Origin: Armatimonadota bacterium
Lineage (GTDB): Bacteria > Armatimonadota > UBA5829 > DTLH01
Direction: 5' to 3'
Assembly (NCBI GenBank): GCA_039680575.1
Contig: JBDKSP010000006.1
Location: forward strand, 1-14,431
Length of the DNA: 14,431 bases
Positions 7,599 to 14,431 of this stretch are shown here, piece after piece; position 1 is the stretch's first letter; every line of letters starts with the position of its first letter. A model generated the notes under the pieces. That model searched no databases, was not told the origin of the DNA, and saw only the letters and a program-made list of their open reading frames with translations. Position numbers and translations under genes: made by a program.

Positions 7599-8516
7599 AT
7601 GGCGGCTCTGACGGATAATGAGCTTATAGCACGGATAAATGAACTAAGGCAAAAGCGAAACGCCGTAATATTAGTCCATAACTATCAACTCGGAGATGTG
7701 CAGGACATAGCGGACTTCGCAGGAGACTCTCTTGAGCTTTCACGCAAGGCCGCGGCGACGAATGCGGACGTGATAGTCTTCTGCGGCGTCCACTTTATGG
7801 CGGAAACGGCAAAGATACTCTCTCCGGAGAAGACTGTGCTCCTGCCGGACGCCGGCGCCGGTTGTCCGATGGCGAGTATGATCGATGCGGACAGGCTGAG
7901 AGAGTTCAAATCCCAGCATCCGGGGCTGCCTGTAGTGGCATACGTCAACACTACGGCTGAGGTCAAGGCAGAGAGCGATATCTGCTGCACCTCAGCCAAT
8001 GCGCTCAAGGTCGTCGAATCACTCGATGCCGATGAGTTCATATTTGTGCCCGATAAGTCTCTCGGAGCGTATGTCGCGGCCAAAACAAACAAAAAAGTCG
8101 TGCTTTATCCCGGCTATTGCCCCACGCATCACAGGATACTCTCCAGCGATGTGCTGAACGCAAAGCGGGAGCACCCGAACGCGGTCGTTCTGGCGCATCC
8201 CGAGTGCGCCGGTGATGTGGTTCAACTGGCCGATGTCGTTGCGAGCACATCCCAGATGATACGGTGGGTGGCCGAGCACGATGCCGAAGAGGTTATCCTC
8301 TGCACAGAGCGAGGGATCATCCACAAGATGCAGAAGGACAACCCCGGCAAACGGTTCTACAACCCCTGCAGCTTGAACATCTGCCCGAATATGAAAAAGA
8401 TTACGCTCGAAAAGGTACTCTGGTCACTCGAGGACATGGTCCACGAGATCACGGTACCGGATGAGGTAATCGCCCGCGCGAAAAAGGCCATCGACGGAAT
8501 GCTGGCGATTGGGTAG
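7599..8516 (+). CDS. nadA: Quinolinate synthase A
   Basis: HNYQ, GDSLELS, FCGVHFMAETAKIL, AGCPMA, YVNT, CTSANA, GYCPTH, AHPEC, CPNMKKITL; three Fe-S cysteines present. Confidence 0.98.
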   Translation: MAALTDNELIARINELRQKRNAVILVHNYQLGDVQDIADFAGDSLELSRKAAATNADVIVFCGVHFMAETAKILSPEKTVLLPDAGAGCPMASMIDADRLREFKSQHPGLPVVAYVNTTAEVKAESDICCTSANALKVVESLDADEFIFVPDKSLGAYVAAKTNKKVVLYPGYCPTHHRILSSDVLNAKREHPNAVVLAHPECAGDVVQLADVVASTSQMIRWVAEHDAEEVILCTERGIIHKMQKDNPGKRFYNPCSLNICPNMKKITLEKVLWSLEDMVHEITVPDEVIARAKKAIDGMLAIG

Positions 8517-8605
8517 CTGACAGCAGAAAAGGACTGAAGGATGAGGTATGAGTGGTGGAAATCTTCACCATCCATCCTCTATCCCTTGATCCCCATCCCT
8601 TAGTT

Positions 8606-9934
8606 TCATGCCAACACCCTGAATGCCTCTTCAGGAGTGGTAATTCCTGCCAATATCTTCTCTTTCGCATCGTCACGAAGCGTCTTGAAGCCTTTCTGTC
8701 GTGCTTCGCCCAATATCTCAGCCAATGTCGCACCGTTGCCGATAATCTCCCGCATATCGCGGTCGATCTCCATGATTTCGTAGATACCTGTCCTTCCACG
8801 ATATCCAGTGTTCCTGCAATTAAGGCATCCCTGTCCTTTGTAGATTATGGATTTAGCAAGATCGTCTTGCGTAATGCCGAAGAATCTTATGATAGGATCA
8901 TTGAGATCGGCCTCCACCGGCCTTGCACATTTCCTGCATACTTTTCGCACAAGTCTCTGTGATTCCACCCCTAAAAGCGAAGCGCTGATAAGAAAATTAT
9001 CCAGCCCCATATCCCGCAGTCTTTGAATAACTCCTACAGCATCATCTGTATGTAGCTGCGATAACACCATGTGCCCCGTGATAGCGGTTTCCACTGCAAG
9101 CCGTGCGGTTTCCAGATCCGGAATCTCACCGACAGCGATTATATCCGGGTCGTGGCGCATAAATGATCTCAGCGCGGTAGTAAATGTATATCCTAATTTC
9201 TTATTAACCTGGGTCTGGTTAACTCCCAGCAGGGGATATTCCACCGGGTTTTCTATAGTCATAACCTTTGTTGCCGGAGACACTGATCGCATCAGTATAG
9301 AATATAGTACGGTAGTCTTCCCGGAACCGCTAGGCCCACTGGTGAAAAACAGCCCCATAGGTTGATGGATAATTCTGTCTAGTACGGCAAGATGCTCCTC
9401 ACTGAGACCTACCTTGTTCAGGTCGATGCACACATCTGTAGCATCAAGTATGCGTAGCACAACACCTTCTCCGTACACATAAGGTATGCAGGATGCCCTA
9501 AGGTCATAGTCTTTGCCATCCAGCTTCCATAGCAGTCTACCATCTTGGGATACGCGGCTCTCTTCGACACTCATATCCGACATCATCTTCAAGCGTGCAA
9601 GAATCCCTTGCCGCTGTACGGGTTCGATACGAGCTGCCTCTTGCATTACTCCATCTATACGATAGCGAACGAGCAATGTGTTATCCCGTTGGGACTCCAG
9701 GTGGATATCCGATGCGGATGCCTTAATAGCCTCGTTAATGATTTCTTCGACCTTTTTCACTACGGCATCTGTAGATGCCGCTTCCGTCCAGTCAAGCAAT
9801 CTACGAGCGTTTTCCAATTCCTGTCTGCACGCTGGGCACATTGCCAGATGTTTCTCCAAGCGTTCCCTTTTGTGTACAGTGAGTTCATCTTTCAGGTATG
9901 CTATAATCTCGGTTCTGGCCTGATCGCAATTCAT
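8606..9934 (-). CDS. Fusion of zf-HC2 (ZAS) anti-sigma domain and GspE/PilB-family secretion ATPase
   Basis: N-terminus MNC...AYLKDEL...HLAMCPAC, then ASDIHLE, RYRIDG, QDGR, Walker A GPSGSGKTT, TIENPVE, DPDIIAVGE, TGHMVLSQLHT, CRKC/CLNC zinc motif, GYRGRTGIYE, GITTPEE. Confidence 0.93.
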   Translation of the reverse strand: MNCDQARTEIIAYLKDELTVHKRERLEKHLAMCPACRQELENARRLLDWTEAASTDAVVKKVEEIINEAIKASASDIHLESQRDNTLLVRYRIDGVMQEAARIEPVQRQGILARLKMMSDMSVEESRVSQDGRLLWKLDGKDYDLRASCIPYVYGEGVVLRILDATDVCIDLNKVGLSEEHLAVLDRIIHQPMGLFFTSGPSGSGKTTVLYSILMRSVSPATKVMTIENPVEYPLLGVNQTQVNKKLGYTFTTALRSFMRHDPDIIAVGEIPDLETARLAVETAITGHMVLSQLHTDDAVGVIQRLRDMGLDNFLISASLLGVESQRLVRKVCRKCARPVEADLNDPIIRFFGITQDDLAKSIIYKGQGCLNCRNTGYRGRTGIYEIMEIDRDMREIIGNGATLAEILGEARQKGFKTLRDDAKEKILAGITTPEEAFRVLA

Positions 9935-10509
9935 TTGAGTATCTCCTTCAGCAAAGATTGCAGCCTTTTTACAGCCGTGAACATCCGTGATTTTACGATT
10001 CCTTCCGATATTTGCAGTATTTCGGCTATCTCAGCATATTTCATATCCCGTATATGGGACATCACAAATACCAGCTTCTGCCCCTCAGGCAGCATTTCTA
10101 TAGCCCGCAGGATACTGAGCCGCCGGTATTCCTCCATCAGCCGCATCTCCGGTTCCACGCGCTCATTTGCTTTGATATTCTCGAATACGCAAAATCCGCT
10201 CTGGTCCTCGTGCGAAAGCGACAGATCTTTCGCGCGTACTTTTCGCCCACGCCTTTGGTAAAGATAATAATTCTTGGCGATCTGGAACAGGTATGTAGAG
10301 AATTTCCCTGCCGGTATATACCTGTCACGAGCCATATAAAGCCGAATGAATACCTCCTGGACATAGTCTTCCGCTGTGTCCTGATCCCATGTCAGAGAAT
10401 AAAGAAACTTGTAGATATCCTCCCGATACCTGGTATAGAGCTTATCGAAGGCCGCGAAGTCGCCTTTTTTGACAAGTTCCATCAACTCAGTATCCGAAAG
10501 CTGTTCCAT
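9931..10509 (-). CDS. ECF RNA polymerase sigma factor
   Basis: SDTELM..VKKGDFAAFDKLY, AEDYVQEVFIRLY, FSTYLFQIAKN, MKYAEIAEILQISEGIVKSRMFTA. ATGA 4-nt overlap with the downstream gene; GAGGA RBS. Confidence 0.96.
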   Translation of the reverse strand: MEQLSDTELMELVKKGDFAAFDKLYTRYREDIYKFLYSLTWDQDTAEDYVQEVFIRLYMARDRYIPAGKFSTYLFQIAKNYYLYQRRGRKVRAKDLSLSHEDQSGFCVFENIKANERVEPEMRLMEEYRRLSILRAIEMLPEGQKLVFVMSHIRDMKYAEIAEILQISEGIVKSRMFTAVKRLQSLLKEILK

Positions 10510-10548
10510 ACATATCCTCTTCGAAAGGTATCTGTGCTGCTTCTTATA

Positions 10549-10577
10549 TATAGAATGCGTTCAGGTGAAAAAGGTTC
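10549..10577 (-). promoter_or_regulatory. Putative ECF-type promoter of the sigma/ZAS-ATPase operon
   Basis: Minus strand GAAC-ctttttcacctgaa-CGCATTCTATA, about 40 nt upstream of the sigma ATG and downstream of a terminator. Confidence 0.55.
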
Positions 10578-10613
10578 GCATTTCGGAGACATAATTCATA
10601 TGCGGAGTGATGT

Positions 10614-10651
10614 TGAAGAAAAGGCCGGCGGATGATTAATCTACCGGCCTT
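10614..10651 (-). terminator. Rho-independent terminator after the small secreted protein gene
   Basis: Minus strand AAGGCCGGTAGAT-taatc-ATCCGCCGGCC followed by TTTTCTTC; 7 nt after the stop at 10658. Confidence 0.75.
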
Positions 10652-10657
10652 CCTGGT

Positions 10658-10987
10658 TTAGCGTCTTGCGCGATGGTTTTTCGCGTAATATCTCTCTACG
10701 TGGTGCTTACCGTTGTAATAACCCCGGCGATAACCGCTTTGGTAAGATTTCCACCTTACTTCCTGCTGGCGCGCTTTGCTATACTGACGCCACGCGTAAT
10801 ACGATCCGGCTCCAAGGGCAAGTCCCTGTGTTCCTTTGCCCTTCGCCAGACTGTATATTGCCGCAGCCGTCACTGCAATCGCTGTGTTCCTGCGGCCGGT
10901 ACTGCCGGCCATGGCTATCGTAGGCGACAACACAGTCAATACGAAAAGTGATAATATTACGAAAATTCCAGCCTTCCTGGCTCTCAT
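10658..10987 (-). CDS. Small secreted/membrane basic hypothetical protein (Gly/Ala-rich helices, Tyr/Arg-rich tail)
   Basis: ATG at 10987 after GAGGAG; signal peptide ending AMA; GRRNTAIAVTAAAIYSLAKGKGTQGLALGAGSYYAW. The track's 11017 start falls inside the repeat element. Confidence 0.8.
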   Translation of the reverse strand: MRARKAGIFVILSLFVLTVLSPTIAMAGSTGRRNTAIAVTAAAIYSLAKGKGTQGLALGAGSYYAWRQYSKARQQEVRWKSYQSGYRRGYYNGKHHVERYYAKNHRARR

Positions 10988-11006
10988 TGTACTGCTCCTC
11001 TTTCTA

Positions 11007-11075
11007 AGGAGTTTCAAGATAACACCTGAAACTCCGCCAGATGATTTTCGGCTAATTACAGCCGAAAATCATCTG
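11007..11075 (+). mobile_element. Two-hairpin element, copy 2
   Basis: cTAAG-GAGTTTCAAG-ataaca-CCTGAAACTC-cgccagat-GATTTTCGGC-taattaca-GCCGAAAATC. The second stem extends to a perfect 16 bp (11038-11053 / 11060-11075) and overlaps the stop codon at 11069-11071. Confidence 0.75.
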
Positions 11076-12082
11076 TGTAGCAACTGCTCTATCTTCTGCA
11101 GTTTTTTGTCACTGTCGTTATCTTTATCTTTGTCTTTGTTTTTCTTGTCCCAGCCTTTGTGTTTACCGATCTCCCAGCCCTTGTGCAGGCCGTTGTCATT
11201 TTTGTCTGTCTGCTTGCTGGTAGAACGATAAGTCCGGCTGCTCTTGCTGGTCTTGCTGTTGTCTTTTTGGTCCGCGATACTTGTATCTATGACCGCTGTG
11301 ACGCCTGCACCGTCTACGCGCTTCATCTTGAGCGGGTTCGATGAATTGGTCGGAACGAGGACCTTAACACGGAACTTGCCGTGGGAGAACAGGTTCTCAT
11401 ACTGCCATACCGCAGCGACTTTATCCACTATGCGGCCCGTGCTTGCCACCTGCGCGCCGCCGATATAGGCTTTTTCGCCGAAACTCGCCATTGGGACGAC
11501 CGCCGTCACCGCGTTTTTGTTGAATGTGATCGTATTGATGAACTTATCGATCGACTTCGATGCCGCCTTGACCCCGACAGCTACCGCAGCGGCTCTCAGG
11601 ACCTCTCCGCCTTTGATGCTGCCGCTGTAGTACTCATTGCTCAACCCACCAGCCAGAGCAACATCGATGACAGCCGATACACCGACTTTTTCCACTCTCT
11701 TCAACTGAAGCGGGTTCAGGCTGGAGCTGGGAACAAGCGCTTTTATCCTGTAACGCCCGTTATCGAAGTTCTGCTCATACTGAAATACCGCTTTGACATC
11801 CTTAATCAACTTTGCAGGGCCTGTAACCTGCGCGCCGCCGACATAGCCCTTGTTACCGACTGAAAGGATCGGCACTACCTTGGTATCCAGCTTACTGGAT
11901 AAGCCCTTCTGGAACGTTATCGTATTGATAAACTTGTCCAGCGCGCCTGCCGATTGCTTGACCGCATAACCGACCGCCGCGCCCCTAAGAGCCTTCGTCC
12001 CAAGCGATACCGCTCCCACCGGTGCAGCAACCGCTGCGAACATCGCGGCAATCACAACCAAAACTATCAACTTTCGTATCAT
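11069..12082 (-). CDS. Secreted hypothetical protein with two tandem ~110-aa domains and a Lys/Asp-rich tail
   Basis: Signal peptide; repeated DKFINTITF...VVP..S.G.K.Y.GGAQV...V.AV.QYE..F..G...R.K.LVP..S.NPL..KRV...GV.AVID; tail GLHKGWEIGKHKGWDKKNKDKDKD; GGAGG RBS. Confidence 0.88.
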   Translation of the reverse strand: MIRKLIVLVVIAAMFAAVAAPVGAVSLGTKALRGAAVGYAVKQSAGALDKFINTITFQKGLSSKLDTKVVPILSVGNKGYVGGAQVTGPAKLIKDVKAVFQYEQNFDNGRYRIKALVPSSSLNPLQLKRVEKVGVSAVIDVALAGGLSNEYYSGSIKGGEVLRAAAVAVGVKAASKSIDKFINTITFNKNAVTAVVPMASFGEKAYIGGAQVASTGRIVDKVAAVWQYENLFSHGKFRVKVLVPTNSSNPLKMKRVDGAGVTAVIDTSIADQKDNSKTSKSSRTYRSTSKQTDKNDNGLHKGWEIGKHKGWDKKNKDKDKDNDSDKKLQKIEQLLHR

Positions 12083-12157
12083 CGAATACCTCCTGCATAG
12101 GCTGTTTTTACTTTATTTATAATTTTTCGACTGTACTACAGCCAAAACTCTCCAGGT

Positions 12158-12188
12158 TATAAGACGCGGCTGCTCGAGAGTCGTTCCC
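12158..12188 (-). promoter_or_regulatory. Putative ECF-type promoter for the two secreted-protein genes
   Basis: Minus strand GGGAAC-gactctcgagcagc-CGCGTCTTATA (GGAAC-N16-CGTC). Confidence 0.6.
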
Positions 12189-12293
12189 TTGCTACAATTG
12201 TTTTTTGTTGATGTCGGTGGACCGCAATTTCTCATGCATAAAGCGTCATATAACAATGGGTGTAATGCTCATTATGTTACAGAGGCAATTACA

Positions 12294-13019
12294 ATGAAGA
12301 AAATACCCATGCACATCCTGTTGATTATAATGCTGCTCTTTTTCGCGCGAGCGGCAACTGCCGAAACAACACCGGAATCAGACCAGAAAATCAAATACGC
12401 TTCTTTCTCCGAACTGAGCCGCGAGGAAAAGCCTGATGTCGATTTCAGGGTAGCCTACCGCCCCGGAAGAAAATCTTTTCTCTTAACCGCTCCTCACGGA
12501 GGTGCTATAGAACCCGGATCGACGGAAATAGCCGCTGCGCTGGCAGGTGATCAATTCGGACTATACACTTTTAACGGGCTGAAGCGTGATTCTTCTGTCC
12601 TGTATCTGCCCTCCACAAATTTTGACGAACCTGAGTTGGTACGGGTTACAAATATCTACAGTACGACTATTTCCGTTCATGTTATTAGCGGGACCGACCG
12701 CCTGGTATACATCGGCGGACGATACAGGCAGCTTACCTCTCTGATAAGCCAGTCGCTCAAGGAAAAAGGATACGATGTCAAACCGCTTCCCGAAACATCA
12801 CCGGCGTTCAGTATGTCTAACTTCATCAACAAGACTGCTGCCGGTGGGGTGCAGTTGGAAATATCGAGCGCACTCGCAGAGAAGATGTTCCGTGGACCGA
12901 TTACCAGCGAGCGCGTACGTCAGGACATGACAAGGCGCACAGTCGATTTCACCAGGTTTGCAGAGGCAGTCCGCCTCGTCCTGCAGCGCGCCGCGCCGAA
13001 GGGGCAGGAAAGGAAATAG
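12294..13019 (+). CDS. Poly-gamma-glutamate hydrolase family protein (DUF867/PghP-like) with signal peptide
   Basis: APHGGAIEPGSTEIA, YTFNGLK, STNFDEP, ISVH, NFINK...GVQLEIS. ATG at 12294 follows AGAGG; N-terminus MKKIPMHILLIIMLLFFARAATA. Confidence 0.88.
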   Translation: MKKIPMHILLIIMLLFFARAATAETTPESDQKIKYASFSELSREEKPDVDFRVAYRPGRKSFLLTAPHGGAIEPGSTEIAAALAGDQFGLYTFNGLKRDSSVLYLPSTNFDEPELVRVTNIYSTTISVHVISGTDRLVYIGGRYRQLTSLISQSLKEKGYDVKPLPETSPAFSMSNFINKTAAGGVQLEISSALAEKMFRGPITSERVRQDMTRRTVDFTRFAEAVRLVLQRAAPKGQERK

Positions 13020-13040
13020 CTGTTTTTTACCTCCGAAAAC

Positions 13041-13069
13041 TTGCCGATGTTTGCTCGCTGTGCTATATT
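13041..13069 (+). promoter_or_regulatory. Putative sigma70 promoter of dnaN
   Basis: TTGCCG-17 nt-TATATT with extended -10 TG at 13061-13062; GGGAGG RBS before the ATG at 13112. Confidence 0.6.
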
Positions 13070-13111
13070 ATAGCGGCAGTTGTTCTGCATGAAGCTGGGA
13101 GGCCAAAAGGT

Positions 13112-14212
13112 ATGAAGATAGTATGCTCGCGGAAGGATCTTTTTGAGGGAGTTCAGACTACAGTCAGGGCTGTAAGCTCCAGGTCATCATTGCCTATTCT
13201 ATCGCATCTGCTCATAAGCGCACAGGATGGAATAGTCAAACTTGCAGCTACAGACCTCGAAATTGGAGTCGAATGCAAGATCAATGCGAGCATAGAGGAG
13301 CCAGGCTCTCTTACTGTACCTGCCAGAATAGTCTCCGAGATGCTCTCGACCCTGCCGGAGAGCGATGTAACGATCTCAGTGGACGAGAACAACCGGGTCA
13401 GCCTCAAATGCGGAACATCGGACTACCAGATATTGGGGCTCCCCGCAGAGGAGTTCCCGATGCTCCCCGAAGTCAAGGACGAAGTTTCCTTTACCATAGA
13501 AAAGTCCGCCTTAAGAAGCACTATCGAGAAGACTATCTTTGCCGTCTCCCAGGATGAGTCCAGAGCATCGCTGACAGGGGTCCTTATCATGCTCGAGGAA
13601 GGTGAACTGAGATTGGTCTCCACGGACACCCACAGGCTCTGCATGATGGAATGCCCTATCACTGAAGGCAAGGGGCAGACCGCAGCTATAGTGCCCGGAA
13701 GAGCTATGGGAGAGCTGCACAGGATAGTCCAGGATGAGGACGGAGTCGTTACGGTAAATGTCTCGCAGAGCCAGGTGCTCTTCTCCGTAGACGGCACTGT
13801 GCTTATTTCCAGGTTGATCGAAGGGCAGTTCCCCAACTTCGAGAAGGTCATCCCCCAGGAGTTCAACAAGCAGTTGATAGTCCCGACCGACCAGTTACTT
13901 CAGAGTGTACGCCGCGCGGCTATCGTCGCCAGAGAGAACGCAAACCGGATAGTTTTACGCACACAGGACGCAAAGCTGACTGTTACCGCTGAAAGCAGCT
14001 CGGTCGGAACAGCCTACGAGGAAGTCGACATCGTTATCGACGGCGAAGACATCGAGATGGCCTTCAGTGCGAAGTATCTGATGGATTTTCTCGGCGTAAT
14101 CGGCACTGAAGCAATCGAAATGCAGCTTACCGGCAACCTGAGCCCGGCGCTTTTGAAACCCCAGGACGATGATACCTACAATTACGTGCTGATGCCGATG
14201 CAGCTCAGGTAA
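13112..14212 (+). CDS. dnaN: DNA polymerase III beta sliding clamp
   Basis: 366 aa; LPILS, AATDLEIG, EEFP, STDTHRL, SRLIEGQFPNFEKVIP, AFSAKYLMD, YVLMPMQL. Confidence 0.98.
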   Translation: MKIVCSRKDLFEGVQTTVRAVSSRSSLPILSHLLISAQDGIVKLAATDLEIGVECKINASIEEPGSLTVPARIVSEMLSTLPESDVTISVDENNRVSLKCGTSDYQILGLPAEEFPMLPEVKDEVSFTIEKSALRSTIEKTIFAVSQDESRASLTGVLIMLEEGELRLVSTDTHRLCMMECPITEGKGQTAAIVPGRAMGELHRIVQDEDGVVTVNVSQSQVLFSVDGTVLISRLIEGQFPNFEKVIPQEFNKQLIVPTDQLLQSVRRAAIVARENANRIVLRTQDAKLTVTAESSSVGTAYEEVDIVIDGEDIEMAFSAKYLMDFLGVIGTEAIEMQLTGNLSPALLKPQDDDTYNYVLMPMQLR

Positions 14213-14266
14213 AAGCGGCTGCTTTACTCTGGATTTGATCTCGATCTCGTCCAATTCGTCTATTTA

Positions 14267-14425
14267 TAGAGTTTCAGGAGATAAAGTAACAGCTTTACAG
14301 CTATATAAACAGTTCTCTGATATAGCTTTATCTGTTGATTTTACACTTACACCTGAAACTCTTCCGGAGGATTTTCGGCAACAGCCAACATATGATTGGC
14401 CGTTAATTAATCAGCCGAAAATCTA
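14267..14425 (+). mobile_element. Two-hairpin element, copy 3 (long structured loops), flanked by TA/TA
   Basis: GAGTTTCAGG(14269-78)-73 nt-CCTGAAACTC(14352-61)-ttccggag-GATTTTCGGC(14370-79)-34 nt-GCCGAAAATC(14414-23). TA at 14265-66 and 14426-27. Confidence 0.75.
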
Positions 14426-14431
14426 TAGGAG

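Noticed and set aside
8517..8605. Bidirectional terminator between nadA and the ZAS-ATPase
   Set aside because: Only a weak imperfect stem (TGGTGGA/TTCACCA) with no clear U-tract on either strand.
8606..9934. Annotating as ordinary pilB/gspE of a pilus or T2SS locus
   Set aside because: N1 domain is replaced by ZAS, the gene is coupled to an ECF, and no other machinery genes are in the window.
11421..11429. DnaA-box-like TTATCCACT
   Set aside because: Single imperfect match inside a coding region; no cluster near dnaN, so no oriC call.
12225..12255. Further ECF-like promoter (GCAAT-N15-CGTCATATA) before the PGA hydrolase
   Set aside because: The -35 lacks AAC and the spacing is short; too weak to call.

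Overview
A 14.4-kb bacterial chromosomal window; gene style and two hypothetical-protein families suggest Armatimonadota or a similar diderm lineage (inference only). Left to right: the left end of an IS3-family element running off the window; a REP-doublet palindrome interrupted by a short two-hairpin element; an ECF sigma / membrane zinc anti-sigma / HtrA-PDZ-STN operon whose protease lacks the catalytic His; a low-GC secreted PepSY-like/Fn3-associated gene; a housekeeping run (LDH/MDH, MBL hydrolase, cupin, nadA); a second ECF sigma translationally coupled to a zinc anti-sigma (zf-HC2) domain fused to a PilB/GspE ATPase; two secreted hypothetical proteins; a poly-gamma-glutamate hydrolase-family gene; and a stand-alone dnaN. 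The most notable items are: (1) the ECF + ZAS-PilB ATPase module with no pilus genes in the window; (2) a three-copy element with fixed stems, variable loops and TA flanks; (3) the HtrA pseudo-protease carrying a secretin/TonB N-terminal domain beside an anti-sigma; (4) a shared ECF-type promoter motif suggesting a local regulon. All family assignments come from motif recognition by eye, not database searches.
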